A stretch of DNA of 64,000 nucleotides from Chiloscyllium plagiosum (Eukaryota), in contig NC_057753.1 in NCBI RefSeq assembly GCF_004010195.1, positions 11,834,815-11,898,814 on the forward strand. Direction: 5' to 3'. This document shows positions 21,669 to 34,309 of the stretch, one piece after another (the first letter of the stretch is position 1; every line of letters begins with the position of its first letter). The notes beneath the pieces are model-generated. The model ran no database searches. It was given only the letters and a program-made list of their open reading frames with translations, and was not told the origin of the DNA. Made by a program: the position numbers and the translations under genes.

Positions 21669-22285
21669 GCTGTCTCCTCCAGCCTCACCTCCTGGAACTT
21701 CTGTGTCACAGATATTTGAGACAATCCAAGCTGATCTGCTGGCAGTGCTGATTTCGTCTTCTCCGCTAGCTCACTGGGACAAACCGCCTCTGAAGTTCCT
21801 CCCTGCCTGAGACTTGAACTCACTTCTTCCTCCTGGGTTTCTGTCCACCTCCGTTCCACTGATGACAGCCCTCGATGAACTGCACTGTTGAGCTTCCCCA
21901 CGTTTGCTGATTGCTCTCTCTCTCTCCTCATACCATCCCTCTCGCCTCTAAATCTGCTGAGCTTCAAACTAAACAACCCCAATCCCACAAACTAATCCTC
22001 CAAATCCAACTTCCCTCTCCTCTCCAAACTCCTTGAATCGGAAATGCCCCATGATCTACTTTTTAAAGCAGAGCACCGTCACAGGATGTTTCTGGGAGAC
22101 TCCAGATGGGGTCACAGGCAATTGGGAGTAGGATAGTGTGTGGATGGGCTCTCAGTCCATTGCCAGGGTTACAGATTGTGAACTGTTTCACGGGCTGTTG
22201 CTAGGGAAACAGAGTAAGGATGCGTTCACAGTCAGTTGCGTGGGGAACAGACTGTGGATTGGTTCACAGGCTGATGCCTCGGGAA

Positions 22286-22550
22286 CAAAGAGTAACCCAC
22301 CCAGACCCATTCCCCCGCCCTACATATACCCCTGACTAATGCACCTAACACTATGGGCAATTTAGCATGGCCAATTCACCTGACCTGCACATCTTTGGAC
22401 TGTGGGAGGAAACCGGAGCACCCGGAGGAAACCCACGCTGACACAAGGAGATTGTGCAAATTCCACACAGACAGTTGCCAGAGGCAGGAATCGAACCCAG
22501 TCCCCTGGCGCTGTGAGGCAGCAGTGCTAACTACTGAGCCACCGTGCCAC
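22286..22550 (-). mobile_element. HE1-type SINE
   Basis: Reverse complement of the HE1 head and V-domain. Confidence 0.88.
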
Positions 22551-22889
22551 CCCAGATTATTCATTATAGTTAATATATGTCTGTCTCCCTGGGGCTGTCT
22601 TTTTCTCTCTCTGTCTCTGTGTGTTTCTCTGTCTCTCTCTCTCTCTCTCTGTCTTTCTCCTGCAGGCAGCCAGGAGGTGAACAGGATGCTGTATTGGCCT
22701 GTGTAGAGAGACATCAGCTTCTGTCAGAGCAAGGACAGGACTTTGTAACAAGTGTCCTGCTGCTTTACTACAGTCAGAGGCCACGCAGGCTTGTCTATGT
22801 TTACTCTATTATCTTTTGGACAAAGGAGAGCCCCAGCTTTAAATCTGCCGACTGCCTGGCCAGTCAACATTGAGTTGCAATCAACTAGG

Positions 22890-23018
22890 CAAAAGTGAGG
22901 ACTGCAGTTGCTGGAGATCAGAGTCAAGAGTGTGGTGCTGGAAAAGCACAGCAGGTCAGGCAGCATCCGAGGAGCAGGAGAGTCGACGTTTCGGGCAAAA
23001 GCCCTTAATCAGGAATGG
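22890..23018 (-). mobile_element. Penelope pLTR fragment with a mutated hammerhead core
   Basis: Minus strand cattcCTGATTAagggcttttgcccGAAAcgtcgact. Confidence 0.7.
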
Positions 23019-23384
23019 GGTCAACACTGAATTGCAGGCCGGTGCCAACTCTCTGGTGTTCCCTGTCCATGTCTCGTAGGGAAAATCCCAATCGATATTT
23101 GACACACTGACTGCATCAGCTCTAGGAGCTGTGTTGGAAAGGGATGGAAGAGGGCCCTGTTAATCCTATTTAAACAACGGGAGCAGCAAACGACAGACAC
23201 AAAACTGGGATCATATCTGTAAGTAATTCTCTCTTCTCACCAATTTATTTGGGGGGGGGGGGGGGCGATAAGGACATCACTTGCCCTCTCTCTTCGCTAA
23301 TTCTCTGCTCTCTCTTTTACCCTCTCTCTCTGTCACTCACACGCTGGCTTTTTCTCTCACTCTGTGGGCTGCCACTCAGCACAT

Positions 23385-25080
23385 CCACGCTTTGAGGACA
23401 GTGCTAAATGATGGGAGAGTGTTATTTTGTCAACTGGTGACTTTTCTTCAGCTGGTTTTAATTGGCTTGAAGGCAGGAGACAAAAGGGTGGTGGTGGAAG
23501 GTTGATTTTCAGACATTGCTCTACGACCCAACGGTGCGCCACAAGGATCGCTGCTTGGGGCCATTGCTTTTTTTTGTCATTTACATAAATGAATTCAATG
23601 TGAACGGAGTTAGTAAGATTACTAAGGGGCCTTGATAATGAGAAAGAGTTAAGTTTTGGATTGCGTGACTTTGACCAAATAAGAACTTGCAGTAAACAAT
23701 GAGGTGCCGGAGGCAAGCTTAGTGGGTTAACAAGGTGAAAAACATCCATTGTATAATGCCAGATGGCTTACTCTTTACTGTTGATGCTGGCTGGATTGCA
23801 ACGGTCACCCAGTCAATACAGATGTTACCTCATTTGGATGCTGCTCCCTGTACGTGACTATATAATTCCTGGAGAATTTGCTGTTCTAGAGAAGATCGAG
23901 AACTCATGTCTCTGTGCACATGGGCGATCGTTCTTTCTCTCTCTCTCCCTCTTCCAGGGCCTGAAATAAAGATGAAGGAGGTAAAGCCATACTGTGTCTC
24001 TGAGTGTTTGCTTCGACTGATACGGGGATAAGGAAACGGGATGACAATCAAATTGGCCAATGGGCTGAATAATGGCGGACGGAGTTCAATCTGGATAAAT
24101 GCGAGGTATTTCATTTTGGTACAACAAACAAGTGTAGGGCTTATGCAATTAATGGTAGGACCTTTGATAATGCTGTTGGTTACAAGGACCGAGGGGTGCA
24201 GTTACATAATTCTTTAAAGTTTGTATCACATATAGACAGGGTGGTTAAAAAGGTGTTTGGCACTCTTGCCTTCATTGCTCAGTCCTTTGAGTATAGGAGT
24301 TGGGATGTTATGTTGAGATTGTACAAGTCACCCTGTTATAGGGAGGATATTATTAAGGTGGAGAGGGTTCAGAAGAGATTTACCAGGATGTTGCTGAGTA
24401 TAGAAGGTTTGAATTAGAAAGGCTGGGACTTTTTTCACTGGAGCCTAGGAAGTTGAGAGGTGACTTGATAGAAATTTATAAAGTAATGAGAGGTATAGAT
24501 AGAGTTGATGGTAGTTGTCTTTCTCAGAAGATGAGGAATTTGAAGACGATAGGGTACGTTTTTGAAGGTGAGGGAGATATTTTAAAAAAAAACACGGGCA
24601 AATGTTTCTCCACAAGGTGGTTAGAGTCCTGAGGAAGTGGTGAATGTGGGTACAATTACAATGTTTAAAAGACATTTGGATGGATATAGAACATTACAGT
24701 GCACTACAGGCCCTTTGGCCCTCGATGTTGCGCTGACCTGTGGAACCAATCTGAAGCCCATCTAACCTACACGATTCCACTCTTGTCCACATGCCTCTCC
24801 AATGACCATTTAAATGCCCTTAAAGTTGGCGAGTCTACTACTGTTGCAGGCAGTGCGTTCCACACCCCTACTACTCTGAGTAAAGAAACTACACCTGACA
24901 TCTGACCTATATCTGTCACCCCTCAATTTAAAGCTATGTCCCCTGGATACATGAATAAGAAATGTTTGGAGGGATATGGGCCAGGAGCAGGCAGGTGGGA
25001 CTAGTTTAGCTTGGGATTATGGTCAGCATAGACTGGTTGGACTGAAAGGTCTGTTTCCATGTTGTATGACTCTATGACTA
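23385..25080 (+). mobile_element. Fragmented CR1 LINE(s) with nested insertions
   Basis: Contains RVVVEG, GAPQGSLLGP and IDRVVKKVFGTLAFIAQSFEYRSWDVMLRLYK, plus a 3' UTR. A minus-strand CR1 tail is nested at about 24685-24945. Confidence 0.8.
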
Positions 25081-25127
25081 TACAACAAAAAAAAGGCATT
25101 GGAAGAACTCAACTCCATTGGAAAACT

Positions 25128-25410
25128 CAGATTAGATTCCCTACAGTGTGGAAACAGGCCCTTTGGCCCAACAAGTCCTCAACGACCCATTCCCCACATT
25201 TACCCCTGACTAATGCACCTAACACTATGGGCAATTTAGTATGGCCAATTCCCCTAACCTGCACATTGGAGGAGAAAACCCGAGCACCCTGAGGAAACCC
25301 AGGCAGACACGGGGAGAATGTGTAAACTCCACACAGACAGTCGCCTGAGACGAGAATCAAACCCAGGTCCCTGCCACTGTGAGGCAGCAGTGCTAGCCAC
25401 TGTGCTGCCC
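25128..25410 (-). mobile_element. HE1-type SINE
   Basis: gattag tail, V-domain, head. Confidence 0.85.
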
Positions 25411-26094
25411 CAAGTATGGAAGATGGGGAGCTTGAAGACGATAGGGTACATTTTTTAAGGTGAGGGAGATATTTTAAAACAAACACGCGCTGTAATGTTC
25501 TGTAACTTAACAGAATGATAAAGTAACTATTACTAATTGACTGTTCCAATATGGTAACCTCCCATAGACAAAATTCAGAATACAGGTAGTCTTACATGCA
25601 ACCCCAGTAGCCCAGGAGGGAAAAGAAAATTCTGAGAGAGTGGCAGTCAGGAAAGATTTACTGCAGCTTCCAACCCCGCTGAGACCCCAGCAAGTAAAAA
25701 TAACTAAACCGAAAATCTCTGTTCTGTGAGAGATGAACCACATCCAGCCAGGCTGCTTCTATTGTTCCAACCTTAAAAAATAAACCCAAGGCCTTGCAAG
25801 CTGTTTACTCTAGTGGCTCTGGTAGGCTGCTTGGCGTCTCTTTAAAACCTCTCTTGAAAAAGAAAACCCAGGATAAAGTACACCTCTTAAACACCATCTT
25901 AATTCTGATCCGTTTGTTTCCACTAACAGTCATCACTGCGTGCTTAGCTCCAGTGCCCCACCATCTCTCTCAGTTGCTAAATTATCAGCCTGTTTATCCC
26001 ACGTCCAGAACTGATTGGCTGCGGCACTTCCCACCTTTGTTTGTTCAGTCGCCAGAACAAATTCTGTTCTCTAATGGCCGAGGCATTTAGGGTG

Positions 26095-26900
26095 AAACGG
26101 CAGGGAAACAGACCCTTGGGTCCAACTCGCCCACACCAAATGGATATACTAAAGTGATCCCGTTCCAGTTTGGCCCGTATCCTTTCTCGTTCATGTATCC
26201 ACCCAGATGCCTTTTAAATGCTCTATCTGTACCAGCCTCCATCAAAGAGATGTACAGCACGGAAACAGACCCTTCGGTCCAACCCGTCCATGCCGACCAG
26301 ATTTCCCAACCCAATCAAGTCCCACCTTCCAGCACCTGGCCCATATCCCTCCAAACCCTTCCTATTCATATACCCATCCAAATGCCTCTTCAATGTTGCA
26401 ATTGTACCAGCCTCCACCCCATCCTCTGGCAGCTCATTCCATACATGTACCACCCTCTGCGTGATAAAGTTGCCCCTTAGGTCTCTTTGATATCTTTTCC
26501 CCTCTCACCCTAAATCTGTGCCCTCTAGTTCTGGACTCCCCGACCCCAGGGAAAAGACTTTGCCTATTTATCCTATCCGTGCCCCTCAATATTGTAAACC
26601 TCTATAAGGTCACCCCTCAGCCTCCGATGCTCCAGGGAAAACAGCCCCAGCCTGTTCAGCCTCTCCCTGTACACCACTTCCTCTGGCTGCTCGTTCCACA
26701 CACGCACCACCCTCTGCGTGAAAAAGTCGCCCCTCAGAAATCTTTTGCCTCTCTCATCTTAAATGTATACCCTCTGGTTTTAGACTACCCTGCTCTGAGG
26801 GACAAAAAAATCCTAGTGTATTCACCCCATCCGTGCCCCTCGTGATTTTATAAACCTCTATCAGGTCAAACGCCCAGCCTCCGATGCTCCAGGGGTAAGA
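26095..26900 (-). mobile_element. Nested CR1 3' ends
   Basis: One CR1 tail (about 26245-26670) sits inside another; WNELPEDGVEAGTIATLKRHLDGYM. Confidence 0.85.
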
Positions 26901-27634
26901 AAAGCACTGATGAACTAATGGGGTGATGAGGGAAAGGATTTTTGCACGGCCCGTGGTAAGGATCTGCAATCTGCTGCCAGAGACGGTGACAGGGGCATAT
27001 TAGGAAGGTGCTGCCACACTGTTCTTTAGTTGTGTTTGTACCCTGGATTCAGTCGTTGTCAAATGATTTACCCACAGACTGCAAGCATCAGTTGCATTGT
27101 CATTTTATTGATCACACAATATCTAGTACCACTCAGGAAGCGTGACACAGGTTACATTGGTAAATTCAGGACGTCATCGAGAACCAAGAACTGAAACACT
27201 TTACTGGTTGAAACACTTTACGATCATATTCTTAAAAGCGAGAGAGAGGATTATTCCCCAACACCGGTGCCTTCCAGGCGAGGGATAGCATTTGTACTCT
27301 CACCACCACCTGCAGGACTGAGAGATAGATGTTCGGAAGTCAGTGGTTCCCAGGGAGCAGCTCGGACAGACGTGTGACAGCCGTCGGGCCCATTTAAATC
27401 CTCCTGATTGTTTTGTTGACGGGTGAGGCCTGCATGCTCTCTGAGGCCGCATTGCTGATGCCAAAACAAAGCCTGGGGAAAGGAAGGCCTTTGTTTTTTC
27501 TTGTAGAAATTCCACTTCTTCAATAATCAGGGTCACCTTGTAATGTATTCAGCGTCAGGACGCAGTTTCGTTCAATCATAATCAGTATTGTCTCAGAACT
27601 GTATTAATAATAATAATAATAATAATAATAAATA

Positions 27635-28285
27635 TCCTGTTACACCAGTGGAGAACCTCAAGTTCCTAAGAGTGATGATAACCCTCAACATGTCCAGGAC
27701 GTCCCAGGTAGATGCGACAGTCAAGAAGGTACAACAATGCCTCGTCTTCCACAGGCGGCTCAGGAGATTTGGCACAGCCGTAAGGACCCTCGCCAACTTT
27801 TACAGATGCACCACTGAGAGCATGCTGTCCGGGTGTGCGACGGCCTGGTACGGCAACTGCTCTGCCCAGGACCGTAAGAAAGGTGGTGTGTGCACAGCCC
27901 AGACTATCACGGAGGCCAACCTCCCATCCGTGGACTCCATTTATACGTCTGTGGACTCCATTTATACGTCTGTGGAAAGGTTGCCAACAGCATCAAAGAC
28001 CCCTCTCACCCCGTCAGGAGGTGATACAGAAGCTTGAACGCACGCACCAGCAGGTTCAGGAACAGCTTCTTCCCGGCTGGTACTAGAGCGGTGAATGGAC
28101 TTTCTAACGTCGAATAATGCTGACCTTGCCTAGTGCACGTCCTGTGCAGTGTACCGTGTACGCCTCTGCCTAAGTTTTTTTCTCCTTACGGTCTGTATCT
28201 CCTCACTTACTCCAAATTGCCTATACTGCTCGTAAACAAAGCTTTTCACTGTATTTATGTACACGTGACAACAAATCACATCAAA
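27635..28285 (+). mobile_element. Rex1/Babar-type LINE 3' fragment
   Basis: VENLKFLRV..VKKVQQCLVFHRRLRRFG..TLANFYRCTTESMLSGCATAWYGNCSAQDRK..RFRNSFFP. Confidence 0.8.
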
Positions 28286-28694
28286 CAATGCTCAGAGTCT
28301 GATGACATTAATATAGCTTCCGATTATGTTCATCCTCAGAGTCCGAATACTTAACATTCAGGAGATTATCGCATTATTAAAACCCTGATTAGTCTGGTGT
28401 CAACTGCAGCAATAATCAGTATGTTATTATCTAAATAAAGGGCCCTATTAATAATCAAGACTCTGTAACATTAATGAAAGGATCTAATGATTTAGACAGC
28501 TTCAATTGCAATTATCAGTCGCCCCCTCCTTTACTAAGCAAGAAGCAAATGGTCAAGATGAACTATTTATCTTTATATTCAGAGTCCTATTACATAGATT
28601 CTGGATTAGAGTGGTGCTGGAAAAGCACAGCAGTTCAGGCAGCATCCGAGGAGCAGGAGAATCGACGTTTCGTTTTCCTGCTCCTTTTTACATC

Positions 28695-29790
28695 GAGTCC
28701 AACAGACCCTTCAGCCCAACCAGTCCATGCGGACCATAATCCCAAACTGAACTCGCCCCACCTGCCTGCGCTTGGCCCGTATTCCTCTAAACATCTCTTA
28801 TTTATGGACTTATCTAAGCGTCTTTTAAAATGTTGTAACGGTCCCCGCACATGCCACTTCCTCATCCCACACACAAACCACCCTCTGTGTAAAACATTTG
28901 CCCCTCGGGTCTTTTTTAAAATCTTTCTCCTGTCACCTTAAAAAAATGTGCCCTTTCGTCCTGAAATCCACCATCCTCGGGAAAAGACAACTACCGGTAA
29001 CTCTATCGATAGCCCTCATCATTTTATAAACCTCTATAAGATCACTCCCCAACCTCCTACCCTCCAGTAGAAAATCATCCCAGCCTTTCTCTAGAGCTCA
29101 AATCCTCCATTCCCAGCAACATCCTGGTAAATCTCTTCTGAACCTTTTCCAGCTAATAATATCCTACCTGCAACAGGGAGACCAGAACTGGAAACAGCAT
29201 TCCAGAACAGGCCTGACCAACATCCTGTACAACCTCATCTCCACCCCTACACTCAAAGGTCTGATCAATGAAGGCTAGCGTGCTAAACGTCTTCTTAACA
29301 GCCCTGGCTGTACGTGACGTAAACTTTAAATCAATAATCAGGAGCCAGTTAAAGTCATTTGCTGATTGTTGATAATTCTGGTGGTAAAACATGAATAATC
29401 TAAATGCTTAATCTTAAATATCTTGGCCTCCACAGCCCGCTGCAGCAATGAGTTCAGCAGAGATTCACCACCCTCTGGCTGTAGAAATTCTTCCTCGTCT
29501 CAGATCTAAAGGGTGAGCCCTTCACTCCGTGGCTGTGCCCTGGGCTCCTAGTCTCTCCTACTCCCTGTCCACTCTATCCAAGTCTCACAGCGTTCTGCAA
29601 GTCTCAAAGGGATTCCTGCCCCGCCTTCCCCCAAACTCTGTAGAGTACAGACCTAGAGTCCTCAACCGCTCCTCACATGACAAGCCCTTCATCCCCGGAA
29701 TCGTTCTTGTGAACCTCCCCTGCAGCCCCTCCAGCACATCCTTCCTTAGATACGGGGCCCAAAACGGTTCAAAATGTTCCAAATCTTGGG
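28695..29790 (-). mobile_element. Two CR1 LINE 3' fragments
   Basis: FKRRLDKSINKRCLEEYG; FWAPYLRKDVLEGLQGRFTRTIPGMKGLSCEERLRTLGLYSTEF. Confidence 0.82.
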
Positions 29791-30003
29791 TGAGGTTAAT
29801 AGCAGCGAAGAGAGAAGGACCCTACTGTGAAGTCAACTTGGGTTGCATCTCAGGAGTGAATCCCTTCCCAAACTCTGAACACGTGAACGGCCTCCCTCCA
29901 GTGGGACATCGCTGGTGTGTCAGCGAGTCGGGTGACTGAGGAAATCCCTTCCGTTTCTCAGAGCGGGTGAGCGGCCTCTGCCCACTGTGGACTCACCGGT
30001 GTG

Positions 30004-30900
30004 TCAACAGGCAGGGTAAAGGAGTGATTCCATTTCCTCACTGGTGAACGGCCTCTCCCTGGCGTGAATCCGCTGGTGTGTCAGCAGGCTGGATAACTGA
30101 GTGAACCTCTGCTCACACGCGGAGCAGGGGAACGGCCTCTCCCCGGTGTGAACCCGCTGGTGCACACGGAGGTTGGACGCAGAGCGGAACCTCTTGCCAC
30201 AGGACGTGCAGCTGAACGGCCTCTCCTCGGTGTGAATGCGCTGGTGTGACCAAAGTCCGGAAGACTGACTGAATCCTTTGCCGCACACGTTGCAAGTGAA
30301 CGGTCTCTCCCCGGCGTGGACCCGCAGGTGGGCGATGAGATCGGGGGGCTGCCGGAACCTCTTCCCGCAGGAACCGCAGCCGAACGGTCTCTCCTCCGAG
30401 TGGACCCTCTGGTGGGACGTGAGGCCGCCCGATTGAGTGAAGCCCTTCCCACATACTGAGCAGGTGAAGGGCCTCTCCCCTGTGTGAAGCCGCTGGTGTG
30501 CCGTCAGGTTGGTGGACTGAGCGAACCCCTTCCCGCACGTGGAGCAGGCGAACGGCCTCTCCCTGGTGTGAAGCCGGCGGTGCGCGGTGAGGTTGCTCGC
30601 GAACCTGAACCGCTTCCCGCAGGAGGCGCAGCCGAACGGCCGCTCCTCGGTGTGAAGCCGGCGGTGCGCGGCGAGGTGGCTCGAGTACCTGAACCGCTGC
30701 CCGCAGGCCCTGCAGCTAAACGGCCGCTCCTCGGTGTGAGTCCGCTGGTGCAACATCAGGCTGGAAGACTGAGCGAATCCCTTCCCGCACTCTGAGCAGG
30801 AGAACGGCCTCTCCCCGGTGTGATTGCGTTGATGGTTTTCCAGCACGGACGGATACTTGAATCCCTTCCCACAGTCATCACATTTCCAAGGTTTCTCCAT
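30004..30900 (-). CDS. C2H2 zinc-finger protein B (10 fingers)
   Basis: Starts MEKPWKC (ATG at 30900) and has 10 intact fingers with TGERP/TEERP linkers. Acceptor ttttcttcag at 31182; degenerate fingers continue in the 3'UTR to about 29850. Confidence 0.88.
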   Translation of the reverse strand: MEKPWKCDDCGKGFKYPSVLENHQRNHTGERPFSCSECGKGFAQSSSLMLHQRTHTEERPFSCRACGQRFRYSSHLAAHRRLHTEERPFGCASCGKRFRFASNLTAHRRLHTRERPFACSTCGKGFAQSTNLTAHQRLHTGERPFTCSVCGKGFTQSGGLTSHQRVHSEERPFGCGSCGKRFRQPPDLIAHLRVHAGERPFTCNVCGKGFSQSSGLWSHQRIHTEERPFSCTSCGKRFRSASNLRVHQRVHTGERPFPCSACEQRFTQLSSLLTHQRIHARERPFTSEEMESLLYPAC

Positions 30901-31544
30901 GTTGTGGGTATCCCTTCTCTTCAGTTTAGATGACAAGTCGAAGCCTCGTCCACTCGGAGCACGCGTGTCTGGCTCTCTGACTGTTTAAAGTTCATTGCAC
31001 AGTAGGTTCACTGGAACACTCTCACTTAGATGGTGCTATCCCTGTCATATTGATGATCTCGATATTTTCCCACGGGCAGATCGGACAAACATTTCTCCTT
31101 TCACATTCACCGAGTGACTGTCAGATCTTGACATGAAGTTTGGTTCAAGCTCCTCCACTGTAAATTTGCTCCGCGTCCTACCTGAAGAAAATGACAAAAC
31201 TCTTCACTGCAAATTCAGTGTAATTCAGAACAGGCAATTCGAGTTGCTTTTCTGCCTACAAAGGTTTAAATCCTCACGCCACACGCACTCCCTCTTGCAC
31301 TGCCTGAATTCAAAACCCACCTATTCAAACCTCCTAAACGTGAATGAAAAGCCTTGGAGGTCACCAACGGGCCAACTTGTAAAGATTGCTACATCCCCAT
31401 TTGAAACAGCAATGAGCGATGTTTTTGTTCTCCAGAGGTTTGGGGCTCCCCGGGAAAGTGGTGGAAGAACATTACTCCTGAAAAGCGCGGCAGCGGGAGG
31501 ATATGGGCTGAGTATGTGGAGTGATTAGCTCAGACCCTGATCTG

Positions 31545-33100
31545 ATTGCACGGCAGCTCGGTGGTTAGCACCGCTGCCTCACAGCGCCTGCGACATAAGT
31601 TCAATTCCACCCTCGGGGTGACTATCTGTGCGGAGTTTGCGCATTCTACCACCACCACCCCCCAAAATTGTGTCTACATGGGTTACCTCCAGGGACTCTG
31701 GCTTCCTCCCACAGTCCAAAAGATATGCAGGTTAGGGAGCATTGGCCGTGCTAAATTACCCATAGTGCCCAGGGATGTGCAGGTTAGGGTGTGTTGGTCA
31801 TGCTAAATTACCCATAGAGCCCATGGATTTGTAGGTGAGAGTGGATTGGCCATGCTAAATTACCCATAGTGCCCAGGGAAGTGCAGGTTAGGGTGTGTTG
31901 GTCATGCTAAATTACCCATAGAGCCCATGGATTTGTAGGTGAGAGTGGATTGCCATGCTAAAATTACCCATAGTGCCCAGGGATGTGCAGGTNNNNNNNN
32001 NNNNNNNNNNNNNNNNNNNNNNNNNNNNNNNNNNNNNNNNNNNNNNNNNNNNNNNNNNNNNNNNNNNNNNNNNNNNNNNNNNNNNNNNNNNNNNNNNNNN
32101 NNNNNNNNNNNNNNNNNNNNNNNNNNNNNNNNNNNNNNNNNNNNNNNNNNNNNNNNNNNNNNNNNNNNNNNNNNNNNNNNNNNNNNNNNNNNNNNNNNNN
32201 NNNNNNNNNNNNNNNNNNNNNNNNNNNNNNNNNNNNNNNNNNNNNNNNNNNNNNNNNNNNNNNNNNNNNNNNNNNNNNNNNNNNNNNNNNNNNNNNNNNN
32301 NNNNNNNNNNNNNNNNNNNNNNNNNNNNNNNNNNNNNNNNNNNNNNNNNNNNNNNNNNNNNNNNNNNNNNNNNNNNNNNNNNNNNNNNNNNNNNNNNNNN
32401 NNNNNNNNNNNNNNNNNNNNNNNNNNNNNNNNNNNNNNNNNNNNNNNNNNNNNNNNNNNNNNNNNNNNNNNNNNNNNNNNNNNNNNNNNNNNNNNNNNNN
32501 NNNNNNNNNNNNNNNNNNNNNNNNNNNNNNNNNNNNNNNNNNNNNNNNNNNNNNNNNNNNNNNNNNNNNNNNNNNNNNNNNNNNNNNNNNNNNNNNNNNN
32601 NNNNNNNNNNNNNNNNNNNNNNNNNNNNNNNNNNNNNNNNNNNNNNNNNNNNNNNNNNNNNNNNNNNNNNNNNNNNNNNNNNNNNNNNNNNNNNNNNNNN
32701 NNNNNNNNNNNNNNNNNNNNNNNNNNNNNNNNNNNNNNNNNNNNNNNNNNNNNNNNNNNNNNNNNNNNNNNNNNNNNNNNNNNNNNNNNNNNNNNNNNNN
32801 NNNNNNNNNNNNNNTTGGCCGTGCTAAATTACCCATAGTGCCCAGGGATGTGCAGGTTAGGGTGGATTGGCCGTGCTAAATTACCCATAGTGCCCAGGGA
32901 TGTGCAGGTTAGGGTGGATTGGCCCTGCTAAATTACCCATAGTGCCCAGGGATGTGCAGGTTGGGGTGGATTGGCCGTGCTAAATTACCCATAGTGCCCA
33001 GGGATGTGCAGGTTGGCTATGCTAAATTACCCATAGTGTCCAGGGATGTGCATTTTGAGGTGGGTTAGCCATTGGGAAATGGAAGGTTACGAGGATAGGT
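31545..33100 (+). mobile_element. HE1-like SINE with a long 52-bp VNTR spanning the N gap 31993-32814
   Basis: Head at 31548-31620, V-domain, then 52-bp units on both sides of the gap (gtgctaaa at 32821 and 32873). Confidence 0.85.
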
Positions 33101-33129
33101 TTGACGGGGGCGTTGGGTCATCTGGGCTG

Positions 33130-33950
33130 GGCCAGTGTGGTCGCGATGGGCTTGAATGGCTTCGAAGGGGCGGGACAGGAGGCGGGGACTTTTGGGCGCG
33201 AAGCGACGGGATTGGTGACAGGGAAAGGGCACGGGACCCAATAGGGAAAGGGAGGGGCGGGGCCGGGGGGGAGACAGAAAGGCCATACAGCCAATCAGAG
33301 GACGAGCCGAGCGGGGAACCCAGTCCTGATTGGCTCAGCGGCGCGAAGCACGCGCCCGGCCGTTAACTGGCGCCCCGTATTCGAAAAAACAAACAAACAA
33401 CCAACCGCCCGTTCGAAATGCCGGGCCGTTACCTTCTGCTTCGGATGTCAAGACCGCACGGAGGTCGTTTACAATCGACCCCCTGCCCGCGGACACCTGT
33501 GGTCTCTCACCCGCTGCCGGTCGCTCCAGCCCATCCATCGGCGGCTGCCGCACTAAAGGGAGGTAGGGGGGCGTGCCTGGAGGACCGCCGGTCCTCCAAC
33601 CAATCGGAGCGAATGTTGGGGGGGGCGGGGCTGGTCCGTCAGCCAATCGGATTGAACGGGAGGGGCGGGGCTCGTTGGCTGCGTGACCACGCGCGTGTGT
33701 TTGGGTGGGGGAGCGTGGAGAAAACCAGCCAATCGGAGTGAATGCAGGGCGGGGCTTGTGCTCACTGAGCGAGGCGGCTGTTTCTCCATCCACTCGGAAG
33801 CGAATGAGGGGGCGCGACCGGAGGGCCGAGGGCGGGGCCGGAGGACCGGAAGGAGGGTGTGCTGCAACCAATTGGTGTCAATGAGGGGCGGGGCTCGAGG
33901 AGGACTCGAGTGCCCTCCCCAATGCCCCGCCGCCATGTTGTAGAGGGGTC
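33130..33950. promoter_or_regulatory. CpG-rich bidirectional promoter between head-to-head ZNF genes B and C
   Basis: Many CCAAT/ATTGG and GGGCGGGG boxes. Minus-strand donor AG|GTAACG at 33432, plus-strand donor AG|GTAGGG at about 33563, YY1-like GCCGCCATGTT at 33929-33939. Confidence 0.78.
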
Positions 33951-34309
33951 AGACCAACTGGGACAATACAGCCTTAGTGGAGGTTGAGGTTGCACAGAAA
34001 GTAGAATGATCTATTTTCCTTTCTATCCTATCCTGAGAGTAAGGATTTCTTTTTAAAAAATGTGCATCTCTTTCCACAAGGTTATCAGGAACAAGAATAT
34101 GTACAGATAGGAAAATCCAGTGACAGAGTGGGAAAAGGTTTCCAACATCAATGACACTGGGAAAGCCCCAAGACACCCCCTACATACTCAACCGGTGAAA
34201 GGTTGACCTGATTTATTATTGTCACATTCACCTGGGTACAGCGAAGGATTTTGGTTATGCACGTTCGCCTGCTCCTTCAGTTGAAAGAGATTGATGCAGG
34301 GGGGTAAAG

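Noticed and set aside
31939-32879. Long ORFs of ~290-299 aa
   Set aside because: They consist of N-gap positions (31993-32814); the same applies to ORFs crossing 8177-8311.
32815-33060. Interstitial telomere
   Set aside because: Only one TTAGGG per 52-bp SINE-derived unit, not tandem hexamers.
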